Assembly (NCBI GenBank): GCA_046563655.1
Contig: CM102283.1
Location: forward strand, 3,100,001-3,164,000
Direction of reading: 5' to 3'
Length of the DNA: 64,000 nucleotides
From: Yuukianura sp. NJ FZ-2021
Lineage: Eukaryota
Shown here: piece by piece, positions 22,113 to 35,019 of the stretch
Layout: each line of letters starts with the position of its first letter
Position numbering within the stretch: position 1 is the stretch's first letter
Notes under the pieces: generated by a model
What the model saw: only the letters and a program-made list of their open reading frames with translations
The model's database searches: none
What the model was told of the DNA's origin: nothing
Program-made: the position numbers and the translations under genes

Positions 22113-25100
22113 ACAAGAGTCCTACTGGTCATTCCCGGCTGGAAATCAACATAGTACCTAGAAAACAACAACAAAGTTTTCGATTAATGCGCAACATCAA
22201 AACTAAACTTCGTTCTAGAAAATACCTGAGTCAACAACACGCAAATCCAAATCCTTATAAACTTTTCCAAACTAAAAGATTGCAACAATTTACCATCAGA
22301 CTGACCAGACATTGACATAGACTTAACGTCAACAATAGTCACACAATCCTCGTGACCAAAATAGTAAGCACTCTACAAACGTTATACCTAGACACAACTG
22401 TTTCAGAAACTGACTGACTGGTGACAGTTATTTGGTAATTGAGATTAACTAAAAAGTTTTTCGTAAAAACTGGACGTCAGCAGGAGGACCACTGCTGATA
22501 TTACCAAGAAGTTGAGCTAGGCTAAGTTCATCATAAATTATGAACTGAACTAATCGTACTCTGTCGTGTCGTCATGCGTGTGTCTTACTTCTGAATGAAT
22601 CAGACTACACCACTTGACGCTGAACAGCACACTGGAGTCCAGTGTCCAGATACTGGACTGGATCCAGTCAGCACCGTCCAGTCCCATAAAACTTTAACGA
22701 TGAACTTTTAACCCGACAAAGCCAAATATTCCACAGCATCTTCCTTCCAGTCCTCTGATTGAATGACAACCTAAGATTAGATTAACAAATTAACACTAAA
22801 ATGAAAATCTTTAAAAACAGTTACCGTTTTGTTCGTTCCAATCCGTTTTAAAAAGATATTTCGTCGGAGGACACAACAAAAGTCACACAAGTGTCTTGAA
22901 CTTTTGATGAGGTCGGAGGTTACAGCGTAATTCCTGTCACTTGCAGAGATGACGAGACGTAGATGAGTTGTTGACCGTAGTGTGTAGATGATTAATCGGT
23001 TAATCGAAGACGTTGTAATTAAGTTGATCTTGAAGCAGCTGAGATCCGAAAGAAGAATGAATGGCAGGGAACACCTTCCTCTCAGGCAGTCCAAGCGTGA
23101 ATGAACTTACTCCACTCCGTTCCTCACTCTTTGCGAATTGATTCGCGAAAAAATTGCAAACAAGTTCTCTCCGCCCAATCAATCTGCATGTTCATAAACA
23201 AGGTATAAACAATAAACATGTTATGAACATCGACACTGACTTTTGTTAGAATCGTATACAGTATTAATTATATTTTACATATAAACAGCTGTCAACCTAC
23301 GTCAAAACACGTAGTCTCATCTTACCCCGCCAAAACGTCTACAATACGTTTCCCATAAAAAACGAAACGTATACGATTTCCTATTCGTACACATTACGTT
23401 TATTTCACTACACATAATACATGTACATCTATATATATAGCAGAGATAACGGACTAAACACGCTAAACGGCATATCTCGTGCGTTTACTGCTGTAATAAA
23501 CGTGCGAAATATACGGTTTCCTGTGCGTGCGACATGTTTACGTGATTAGTTAAACGTATTCCTTTTTTGTATTTTACGTAAACGTAACATAAACACTTTC
23601 TAAGTGTTTACTTGTTTACGTAAGAGGCCAAAGGTAATTTAGATTAGCATTTGAATTGGAGTGACAAAATAAGATCACATTAGGATTTGAAGGTCGAGAG
23701 GTCACGGTTGTTCAAAACTGTGTCTAAATCCTCAGTAAAATCAGGAACAGGATTCAGGAATTCCTAAAATTTTCCGGAATCTTGAATGACTCTAACTTTT
23801 ATTTAAGTGCAAGAATGTAAAAGAAACTTAAATTATTGTTGTCGTCTACCCTGTTAAAAGGATTTGCCAAAAAAGAGGCAAAAAATTGCAAAAGTGGTTT
23901 GATACCGCCTACATTGCCAATTTTTTTTGCAATGTTTTGCACTTCTTGAGCTAAAAGTCTGAGAAAGTACATAGTACTACCTCAGAATGTTTCTTTCTTC
24001 GCCACTTCCCTTGAAAATTGTTGTTTACAAACTTTGTATTTTGGCTCTTATGCCCAAAGTCTCTTTATGCCCCAAAGCACAACTACCCAAACAAACAATT
24101 CCGTTGAACTCCATACAAAGACTTTGGTCATAAACAAAGGTCAATTTCCTCTACGCTCTTAATTCAACAACAACACAAGTGAAACGACGTGATGATACTA
24201 AACGTGGCCTAATAAAACCAAAATGGACACACACGTACACACAGAGATTTCATTAGTTATCACTTTATACTTTTACACAGAAACACACGTCAATCAGGTC
24301 AACCGTAACGTAAACAAACTTTTCAGCAAAAGTCATGTGATCTCACCAGTTTCCTGCGGTTTAGTGATGTTTTCACTCCGTACTTAAGTTTTAGTTAATT
24401 AACTTCAGTAGTAATTAGCACGAGGACCATCTTTTCCAAGCATCATTGGGCAGTAATCATCAAAATTCTTTAGAAAACTTCCAACGCTCGATGTGGATTC
24501 TGGATTTTTTATTTGCCTCACTGTGCTATCTGTAAAAACCAAAATGAAAAACATATTAGTCACTTTGTTTTTCCTAAAAACAAAAAAGTTTTAAAAAAAA
24601 TTCAAAGTTTTGAGACAAAACCTGCCAAAAAATGCAAGACACTGACGCCATCACCTAAAATATACATTGTTTTTGTTTACATTTTAAAATTTCTTAAGTC
24701 CACAACAAACTAACTTAACTTTGTCGTTCGTGTTGCAAAGCATAATTTAAAACTTTGTTTTTTTAGCTTCCATAAGTTAGTACTAACCTAACCTAATTTG
24801 GAAATCCCCAAATTGACACGCCACCGTCTATTTTTAGCTCCCAAAAACAAAGTTTCCCATTTCCGAATTTCCACCTGCCGCCACATTCATTGCGAATTTG
24901 TTTGCAAAAAAAATGGTCCATGAACTCTTGTCAAAGTGTTGCCAATTTTTTTTTGCACAAACACTCCCCCACCGCAGCCAAACTTTGGCTCCAAGATGTC
25001 ACTCTCCCTTATTTTTTTGCGAAAACATATTTTTTGCAAAAACTTACATCATGAATATTCCTCATTCATTTGAACTTGCATAAATTCATATGAATGAGCG

Positions 25101-25781
25101 GTGCCAGTAGTAATGCCAATGTACTGGAACCACGTAGTACTATAACTGAAATTTTTGCAAAAAAAAAAAGTTTGCAAAAAATGCAAACTCCCTTGACCTT
25201 TTCCCAGAAGCAAGAAAAACATGACCGTATCACTACTCTATCACTTACAACTTAACTTTTTGCGTCATAAAAATAGCAATTATGAAAACTGATCCTTGAA
25301 CTCCACAGATTCTGGAAGTGTCACCCAAAAATTTAACACAAAGTGTTAACACTTTAGTGAAATACAATTTTTTGTAAACCAAGCGATTTGATTGGTCCGT
25401 GGTTGCGCAAACTTGCGTTGATGCTGGTCCATCCTTATCATCATCCTTTAACTTTCGAATGACCACGAATATTTTACTAGACAAAAACAAAATGGAAGGC
25501 AATGAAAAATTACAAGGTTTTTTATAAAATTAAATAGATTGGAAACCTAATGTAATTTAACAAATAAACTTAACAGTGTTGTTAATTAACACCGATTCTC
25601 AAGCACTCAACTCCAGAGCTGGATTCAGTCACACCGTTAATCTCTAGTACACAAAACAAACAATAATTTTCAATTTAAATACAAACACGATTACTCAAAC
25701 TAAATTTTTTATAAATTGATACGGAAATCTAGGCTCCTTGAAACATCGGGTTTTAAAAAATGTTGACCAATCAGGAAGCTT

Positions 25782-28700
25782 TTAGTGTCCAGCAGCGTCC
25801 AGCCGATCTTTGATCGCTGTCAGCTGATTCTTCAATTCCGTCGCTTCTCGCTCAAATTTCGACGAAAATTCTACAACCATTGTGGCCAGCAGCCCTTTGC
25901 AAGTCTCAATCAACTCGCTTCTGCAAAGAAAAGATGAAATAAATATATTAAAAAGTATTTTGCAATTAATATGTTATATTTTATACAACTATTATATTAT
26001 ATTTTATTCCCATACCTGTGATGACGCGACAACATCATGGGAACGGATCTATTCAGCATCGCCTCCACCATTTTTATCACAACTCGAGCAATTTGTGCTT
26101 CCGTTCCAACTGTTCCGTTTGAATCTGATCGCTGCGTCGTTCGATCCCAAAGCCTAAGGAAAAAATTGTTCAAAAAATGAAAACCTTAAAAAAGTCAAAA
26201 TTTTGAAAACTGACTTCCCGGATTCTTACATTTCGTAAATTCTAATCAATTCTGGAAACGGCACACCAACTTCCAGCATGATTTTAACCACCCACAACTG
26301 ATCAGCCAATTCAGCTGGTTTCATCGCCTCCAAATGCTCTACCAAGTACTCTGAAAATAGAAATACAAAATCCAAAAATTTCAAAAAACTCATCTGAAAA
26401 TGCAAATTTTTCGAAAAACTTTACCAATTGGAAAGTAGATGGGAGATTGCTGATACTTTTTCCCCAAAGACACAATTTTCTGTCGAATAATTTCCGCTTG
26501 CGTTTCCATCGGCTCTCGGCTGATTCTGTTCATTTCTGAATTCAGAGACGCCAAAAAAACTTTTAATAAAGTGGCACTTTTTTTCAAAAAATTTCAAAAA
26601 TTTTCAAAAACTTACCAGCTTCCACAATGTCTGCATAGAAAGACTCGATCATACTCCGGTTTTGATATCCCGCCACCCGGAAAATCTCGACTTTAAGCTC
26701 ATGCAAATGAAATGGAACCGCAAAGTCATCGTACAACTAAAAAAATACAAAATTATGAGAAAATAGTTTTCATAATTTTGAAAAAGTTCCTTATTCTTAC
26801 TTCAGAGTTTGAAAAAAGTTGAGCATTGAGACGTTGAATTCCGTCTTGAAGTCCTTTGAGTTCAGCTGACAAATTGTGATCAAAAGCTGGAGCAGTAGTT
26901 CTTCCAGCCAAAGCGTTCAAGCGATTCTCAAGCGCATCCATGATCAACTTCTGAACTTGAGCCACCTCCAGTTTCGCTTCCAGCGATTCCAAGTCTTCTC
27001 CGACTCCAGGCCTTCCAGACCCTTTGAGACAAATGTTGGCACGAGCCAGGTATTCCAGCCGATCGTCCAGCGTCAGACCACTCCTTAAAATTCAAAAAAC
27101 GGAAGAATTTCATAAATCGCAACTTTACTAAAACTTCAAAATTTTGAATTTTGAAAAAACTTACGAAGTGGACTCTGCCAGCCGGTGCAGAATTTGTGTC
27201 GCTGCGACATGGTCACCGTTCATTTCATGATGTCGCCAAAGTAAATCCAGAATCCTCTTGTCATTCACACCGCTGCTTCCGCGTGGCCACTTTCCAGCGA
27301 TCGCTGTTTCTGCAGCTCTTTGTAAAAATGCATCTAAAAACGGATGCTTGATTTCCAGTAGTCGTTCGTACAAATTTTTCTCCAGCAGCCAATTGAACAG
27401 CATCACTTGAAAAACTTCATCTTCCGAGGCCAATATTCCTCGAAAAGTTTCATCCGCCAGAGTTCTTCCTCTTTCCGACGGTTGTTGTCTGTCCGACGGT
27501 CGCCCGGCAACTGGAGCCTGACGACCGGATTCTGCGAAGTATCCATCCAGTATCTCAAAAATTATTTGGTAGATTTCGAATCTGAAATTCAAAAAAATTT
27601 CACTTTCCCGCTATAAATTTCAGCCTAACTTAGCATCAGATTAACCTAACTTTGCATAGATACTGCCAATATTAGCTTACCGTTGGTTATGCGCCTGCGC
27701 AGATACTGGATCGACAGAAGTTGTTTTGAGAGCTCCAAGTGCCAAATGCTTAGGATCCACTCCATTGGCAGCCGATTCACACAACTTGATTGCCCCAAGG
27801 GGAAACCCAAGTTCAGCAAATTGCGTACAAAAGTGTCGGATGTTTGCTCTCGTCAGCCCGGAAATTTTTTCACATAAACTTAAGGATCCTTGCAACATCT
27901 TCTCTTTCTCTCGTTCATCTCCCGTTTGCTTTGCTTTTTGAAGAATCTCTGCTACTTTTGTACTAATAGCATCTTCATTTCGAAATAAAGTTGGACAGAC
28001 TTCACGCAATCGAAGACTAATCTCATCCACGGCAGCATTGTCTCCCAGGTATCTGTTAGAAATCAAAAAATTTTGAAATTTTTCAAAACGCTTTTCCCCA
28101 AATTTTCAAAATCTTTCAATCACAACTTTTTGAAAATCAAACCTTATTTACCTGCTAATCAGGGAATTTATAATAATCGGAACTATGTCTTGGCCAGAAA
28201 CAATGAGATCACGTAAAGTCGAATTCAAAAACCGCTCATCAACGCCCTAGAAATACAAATTGAAAAAAACATTTATCAAAAAGACACTGTTCGAGAAACA
28301 CGAACTCCGCAATTTCAAAATTTCGAGGAATGCTGCAATGCTGGGAATTTACCTGCAGTATGATATGAATTTGATGATCACAAAGTATTTTCCACATGCC
28401 GAGTACTTCCAGTGCATGAGTCAGCAAATGCTTGAGACAAACAATCGAAGTTTTTTCGTTTTCATAATCCAGTAGTCGACGACCTTCTGGAGTAGTAATC
28501 ATTTCTTGTCTCACATGCACATCCACTTTGTAACTAAAAAAAAAGAGTTACCGATTTCAAAAATAATGCTTTCCAAAATTCAACATTTTGAATTTCAAAA
28601 TTCTTACCTTGTCATGTACAAAGACGGGTTCTTGACAAGGAAATTGTGTAGATTTTGAATGAAATGGATCGCGTAGGAGACTTGTTCTCCAGAAATATTC

Positions 28701-31700
28701 GGCATCACCTAAAATTCAAAATTCAAAAAATTCTAAATTTGAAACAAACTTCAAAATTTTTTTCTCAAAGTGCTTCTCTTTTTTTCTTCTCTTACAACAT
28801 TGACATTGGTTCCTTCGACAGTTCCCAAGCGAATGAGCTTCATATTCCAGAAAGAGGCGAGGATCCTGCCCACAGTGACATAAATGGCATCGTGCTTGGG
28901 AGAATAAGGCCAATGTTCCGGTTCCAACTGCATGCCTTGACTTCCGACTGACACAGGCGACGGTGGGGAGATGAAGGTGGATGACATGGGTGGGGAACCC
29001 ACTGGGGAACTTGGACTCAGAAAAGTTCGTGTCACTCCGCTCCCACCTCCGCCCGAACCAGCCCAACTCGTCTGTTGGTCCATTCCGTTCTGGCCGTCAC
29101 CTCCTACAAAAAAGACCCAAAGAAAACAACATTAAAAAAAACATTCTCGCCAAAACCAAAAAATTCATGTTTTCAAACTTCATTTCGAAATAAAACCGTA
29201 ATACTTTTTTGGATTTGTGCGTTCCATTCCTTTGTAAGTTTTTTTTACTAAAAAAAGCTAAACAAATGAACGGGACTAAGTTAATTTTTCCTGCTCGTGA
29301 TACCGGTGATTTCATTGATTAGAAAATACTGGTTCAGTAGAGAGGAAATACATAGTGAATCGCATAAATAATTAAATATTAAGTAAAACTATATAAAATA
29401 TAATTTTTATACACTTATATAAAATAAATAACGGACAACGTACCTGGAGTGTTCCTGAGGTCAAACTGAACCTGTCTCTGACTCGTTCCAGCCGTCGGTG
29501 TGCTAACAGGTGACGAACCTCCTCCGTACAAGTAAATCGCTTTCGTAGCAAAGTCAGCAACCTAAAAACCACAAAACAAAAACTGAAGTAAAACTATTTC
29601 ATTAATTTCATATAATATAAAATGACTAACTAATACATATAATTAACTTGGTTTGATTGTAAACTTACATTGTCAGTGAAATTGAAGGGATGAGACGCCA
29701 GAAGAACACAGTTGGCCAGGGGTTGGACGCGATTTGGCAGCATTTCAAAATGGCCGCGAAGTTGTTCCGGCCCTTGCCGTTCCAAAAGCAACTCCCTCAG
29801 AATCTCGTATGGTTTTAAAGCTTTGAAGACCGTCGTGCCCTGATTGGTCAGAATCACAATCTCCCTTCGGTAGGCCAAATGTTGACTCATGACTTCCGGT
29901 TGTTCAAGTACTGTTGGACTGACGTCTCTTGCACAAATCTCTTTTATGTCAACGGTCATCCCAGCCAGAGAGATGACTGTGACAAGCTCAGCGTAGTTTT
30001 CAGTTGGGTAGATAAAGGGACTGATGAGCCACAGAGCACTTGACTCTCTCGCGGAAGGAGCAGAGACTATGTACAGCCCTAAAAATCAAAATCAAATTCA
30101 AAATTTCATTTTCGAAAAAAAAATGCAATTTTGATTTTCATTCTACCATTAGAATAGTAAGCTCCAGTGGCTCCAGAAGGTTTTCGCATAGTTGACATTG
30201 GAGAGCATCCAGGGGGGAGTCGTATATGAGCCAATTGCAGCGTCGTTGGACGTGTGCCTGGCGCTATGCCACTTTGCGGTCGATTGTAGCACGAAAAATA
30301 AATTCTTGTCCCAGAGTCCGCCATGGCCACCAAATTCAATTCTCCTAAAAAACGAAAAAGTTTCAAAATTTTGAAAAGGTTAAACTTATAGATTTCTTTC
30401 TTTGATTTGTGGTTTAGAAATGTTTGTTACCACAATCGATAGTTGCGATTGAGACAATGTTGCTGACGGATGCTGGATCTACTGACTTCCTAGATGCAAC
30501 TATGACACTGTTGATAATATTGTCAAGTGAAATGGATCCGAGATTAGTAAATTCCGTTCCCTCTGCTCCCAAGTCATATGCTGCAACAGTTCCTCTGGCT
30601 GATAGTGAGTACAGTATTCTCCTCCGGTTGTCAACTACAATGTCTTTGATTGGATCAGCAGTACCCAGCGGAAAGAACTTCAGTAAGTACTTTGACACCA
30701 AGGACTTCGTCATGTTCGTCTTCCAACATTTGTCACGAATCCAACCACGATGGGCCTGTTACAGAAAATCACAAATTCAAAAAAATACTGCGAAGCATTT
30801 AACTTGTTTTTGATTTGAACCTTACTTGATAAAAAACTTCGTAGATGTAACCGTCAACTCCGCCAATGAAAATTCTTCCGTTAGAATCTCCAGTGATGAC
30901 GTTCAGTGTTACACTGTCGCTTGGAATTGTGTACAAAGGATGGGCAATAACCTCCATAGCTTCAAATAAAAAAGAGTATGCATTTTTTAAGAACTTTTTT
31001 TTTATTAGGAATTTGAATTTTGATTATCTTACTGGTTCTGGCAGGAGTAGCTAATCCAAGACTGGACTCATCACGGACAATGATAAATCCAAGGATAATG
31101 ACTTCAGACAGCGTCGTAACACAAAGTACATGCCCCAGATTTGCTCTAAAAACGTTCGCCTTGGCAGGAATAAGTTCAAGTGCGAGGATGGGTTCCTTCA
31201 ATCCATCGTAAAAAGACAAATCACTCCTAGAAAATCAAAAAAAGAAGAAAAATGTTACGCAAAATTTAAATTTCAACTTCGCAGATGACCTGTTCAAAGG
31301 TCAAAGTGAAAGTCATTAAAATTTTACCCATCTCGAAAGTCCCAGAGGTACAGATCAGTCCCTATTGTCATCCAAGCTCGACTTATTTCCGGAAAGAGTC
31401 CCATTTGACATATACCACCTTCCGTTTCTGGAAACAATACAACCACAACGATTAAAAACGTTACACAAAAGTGCAAGAATTTTTACAAAAATAGTTAAAA
31501 TTGAATGACTTACGACCGAGCATTTCCTTCAATTCAGCAGGAATCGGACTCTGACTTTCTATTGTAAAAAGTTCTTTGGTCATAAGTCCTCGTTCCATGA
31601 CTGCCGGGTAATCATGGTCCAGATTCCCACTGACAGCACGCAGACCAACAGCTAAAGGAATTAACAATTAATTGAAGTTAAACCTCACAACTTAGAGATT

Positions 31701-32266
31701 TAGAATGATTGTGTTGTGTTATAGTACCTCCTGTGTGATCTCTTCCTACAAGGGCTTGGAATAAAGTAGGGAATTGGCTGTCTTTGTTATAAATGGCATC
31801 CGTGATACGTGCAGCTCTTTCGATAGATTCCGCTGTTCTCTGGGCTTCACCGATAGGAGATGCAATGTAATGTGTTGGAGGACTGTGACGAGAACGAATC
31901 ACCCTGGGATTCCTGGTTCCATTGACATTAGAATTCCATAGAATTCCACGAGGAGTCGTCGGAGAACTTATACCAGGTCGACCCATTGATTGCGGAGAGG
32001 TATACGGTGATGTTGGAGAGTAGCGAGTGTCACTAGGAGGACCTGTCACATTCACAAAAGTTGAATTACGTTATCTTAACGTAAACCCATTTATGCTTTG
32101 TATTATGTTCAAAAACCTTACCGCCTCTGCCTTGACCTGGCGTGGATTGTGATGACATGCTCATTCTATTCCTGAGAGAAGGCTGAGCCGAAAACACCGG
32201 CATTGTTCTATCGTAGTGTAACGGCGACACGGGCTCACCGCGATCTCCTGGAATCGGTATCACCAT
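25782..32266 (-). CDS. Nup155: Nuclear pore complex protein Nup155 (Nup154/170 family), >15 exons
   Basis: Exons give VSGNLDHDYP, MGLFPEISRAWMTIGTDLYLWDF, DPIKDIVVDNRRRILYSLS, LQLAHIRLPPG, ISLRLREVCPTLFRNEDA, LDLLWRHHE, LGKKYQQSPIYFP; TAA at 25782-25784. Confidence 0.92.
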
Positions 32267-32929
32267 GACTTTGTCACTGAACTCCTCGATTAGATAACGT
32301 TATTGGTCAATGACCCCGTCGATCCGTTAACGTTGCCGGTCTCCCTCTCACAACAGCTGACTGCAAAGTTTCAGAAAATCAAATGCTTTACCTTATCCCA
32401 CCCACTTGTTAGATTCGCTTAATTTGCGCTTACCGTTCTAAAATTTGCAACAGTTGATACCTAAACTACTTAAGTGCAATTCCAATCCCACATTAGTTCG
32501 TTTGTTTACGAAAAAATTTAGTCGTTTTCAGTAACTTTTGAAGATAATTCGGCAAATAAATTCTTCCTAAAACTCTAAAATCGACACCGTCATTCATTCG
32601 TTGAAGGACAACAACCCGCGTTTTGAATTTCGTTCAAAAATCCCGCCATCAATAATTTTTAGAATTTATTCCGTCTCACCGGGTCGCCGCGACCGTTAAA
32701 TTCTACAGACAATAACAAAATTTGCATAATTTTTTTAAATGTTACCATGGGCGACAATTCTTTTTATCGTAACACAAACGTTGTTGTTCTAAAAGTTTTC
32801 AATTTTTTTTGTTACAAATTGTCAAATTTTATTTTTAGAATCCTCCAAAGTCCACTACACAAGGATCAACCTTGTCCATTTCAAAAATTCTTGTATTGTC
32901 ATTCAGTTTCAGACGAATAATTTCGAACA

Positions 32930-34358
32930 ATGGGGAATCGACAGAGCGAACCAGAACAACCAGAACAAAGTTATGACGGCACTCGGATTTTCGACAACGC
33001 CTCGGTAAGTTTCAAAATTTTGAAAAATTCAAAAGTTTCAAAATAGTTAGTTTCTTTTTCTATGTAGATCCTTGCCCAAATCATGAATGCAACTCCATCG
33101 GACGAGATGTTGGAACTCCGCCGTGTAAACAAGACCTTCAACGCCATCGCGTGCAACATTTTGAAAGAGCGCGGGAACAGTGTTCGTCCACTTCGGCACG
33201 AAGTTGAGTTGGTTCGGTTTTTGGAAACGATGGTAACGCATCATCGTGCAAACCAATCAGGAGACGACTTTCCCTACTCCGACTACACTCTTCATGTCGC
33301 CAAAATGTCGCAACGCAGTATCGACCGATTCTGCACGGAAATGTCCGGACGTGTCCGGAAACTCACGATTAGCATGCTTCTGGCCCGAACCGAGGAGGAT
33401 TTCTTGGAATGTGTCTGCAGTGCCTATTCGTTGATTGGTAAATTTTGAGAAAAAAAAAACTGACAATTTCTGAAAAATGTTCAGTTTTAGTTTCATTTTT
33501 TCTAAATTCGTTTCAGATTCAGCGGCAGACCAGTTTCGGTTCGGAAATCCTCGGAAGTCGGTCAAAGGCAAGACAATTCAATTGCTCCAGGCTTTTCCGG
33601 ATATGGAGCATCTCTGTTTGGAAGTGAATGACGACGTTGACTTTAGCACTTTGACTGCAACTGACCTCGTGACCTTGCCAATCTACCCGAAAATGAGAGT
33701 TTTCGAGTGGCGGGAGATTCATATTCAACGGCCCGACGCTCCACCACAGGAACCGGAAAACCCGAATTCATTTCTAGGCGGAATCGTTCGGCGGACGACA
33801 ATTTTGGAACATCTCCGAATCCACCGAAACGCTCGTGGCATGTCGTCGGCCATTCGGGACGTTCCGGCACTCGTGTCGAACCTTCGAAACCGTCCGGCAT
33901 TGTGGCTCGACACGACTTTTCCGCTGATTCTCACTGGTGAAAACCAACCATCGCTGGAGTTCATTCGGCAGCTCAGTCGTCGACGATTTTGCAACGTTCG
34001 ATCGCTGGCGCTGACTCTTGGTTGTCCGGACGACGGCGTCATGACGGAGGTCAATCGCTTCATTGCACTTCAAGCTCCTGTACTGCAGTATCTGACGCTC
34101 AAAGTCTATGGTGACGATAGCCACGGTCAAGGTCAAGGTCAAAGTCAAGGTCAAGGTCACTATCCGTTATTGATTCCGGTTCTTCCTCGTCTGGTTTACC
34201 TCAAAATCCGCCTTATCGCTTGGCCTCTCACCGACGTCCAGCCGAATCCACTCACGCATGCGAATTTCCCAAGTCTGAAGAACTTTGGGATTGGCCAAAG
34301 CAGTATTTGCGGAATTCCAGTCGACGGTGCCATTTTCATTAATGGAGGCCTGGATTGA
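32930..34358 (+). CDS. Divergent F-box/LRR-like protein, 3 exons (32930-33004, 33068-33437, 33517-34358)
   Basis: Exons join in frame; IFDNAS|ILAQIMNATPSDEMLELRRVNKTFNAIA resembles an F-box; downstream LxxLxL repeats (MEHLCL, LEHLRI, VRSLAL, LQYLTL, LVYLKI). Confidence 0.65.
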
Positions 34359-34482
34359 AAAAACGTGCCAAATTCAAACCAAGACGTAGAAAACAACACA
34401 AACTTAAATTTCCAAAACTCAGTTTTCAAAATTTAAAATTCTGTTTTCAAAATATGTATTTACAAGTAACCAAAAAATTACG

Positions 34483-34564
34483 TAGCCGTTTTATTAAAGA
34501 CAGCATTTACCTAATAAATCAAATAGCCGTTTTATTAAAGACAGCATTTATCTAATAAATCAAA
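34483..34564. repeat. 41-bp tandem duplication containing poly(A) signals on both strands
   Basis: tagccgttttattaaagacagcattta(c/t)ctaataaatcaaa x2, one mismatch. Confidence 0.9.
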
Positions 34565-34615
34565 TCGATTTGATTTTTATCTCTCGTCCCAAAATTCCGA
34601 CCATCGCCCATTTCC

Positions 34616-34806
34616 CCGACCACCTACCACTTCACAACCACCTATACGCCTATTATTTTACGACCACCTACCACTTCACTTCACAACCACCTACCACTTA
34701 TCATTTACGACCACCTACCACTTCACTTCACAACCACCTACCACTTATCATTTACGACCACCTACCACCTATCATTTTACAACCACCTACCACTTCACGA
34801 CCACCT
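34616..34806. repeat. ACCACCTACCACT-core minisatellite with ~45-bp higher-order unit
   Basis: About 9 copies of accacctaccac separated by ttcac/ttatcatttacg linkers. Confidence 0.9.
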
Positions 34807-35019
34807 TGTTTTTTTAAAGAATTTTCTCAAGAATAGGTTTTGTATCTGAGCCACAACAAGATAAGTCGAAATTTAGGAAAGTACACGGGACTAAAATTTA
34901 TCAATTTATTAATTTTTTTTTAAATTTTAATGTTTGTTGAAAAAAATTTTTTTGTTCAAGTGTGACATATTTTGTTTGGTTTTGTGGATTTTTCAAATAG
35001 TCTCATTCATTACGATAGA

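Noticed and set aside
25782-32266. U12-type intron in Nup155
   Set aside because: The junctions I traced are ordinary GT-AG without the RTATCCT donor; not every 3' junction was checked in detail.
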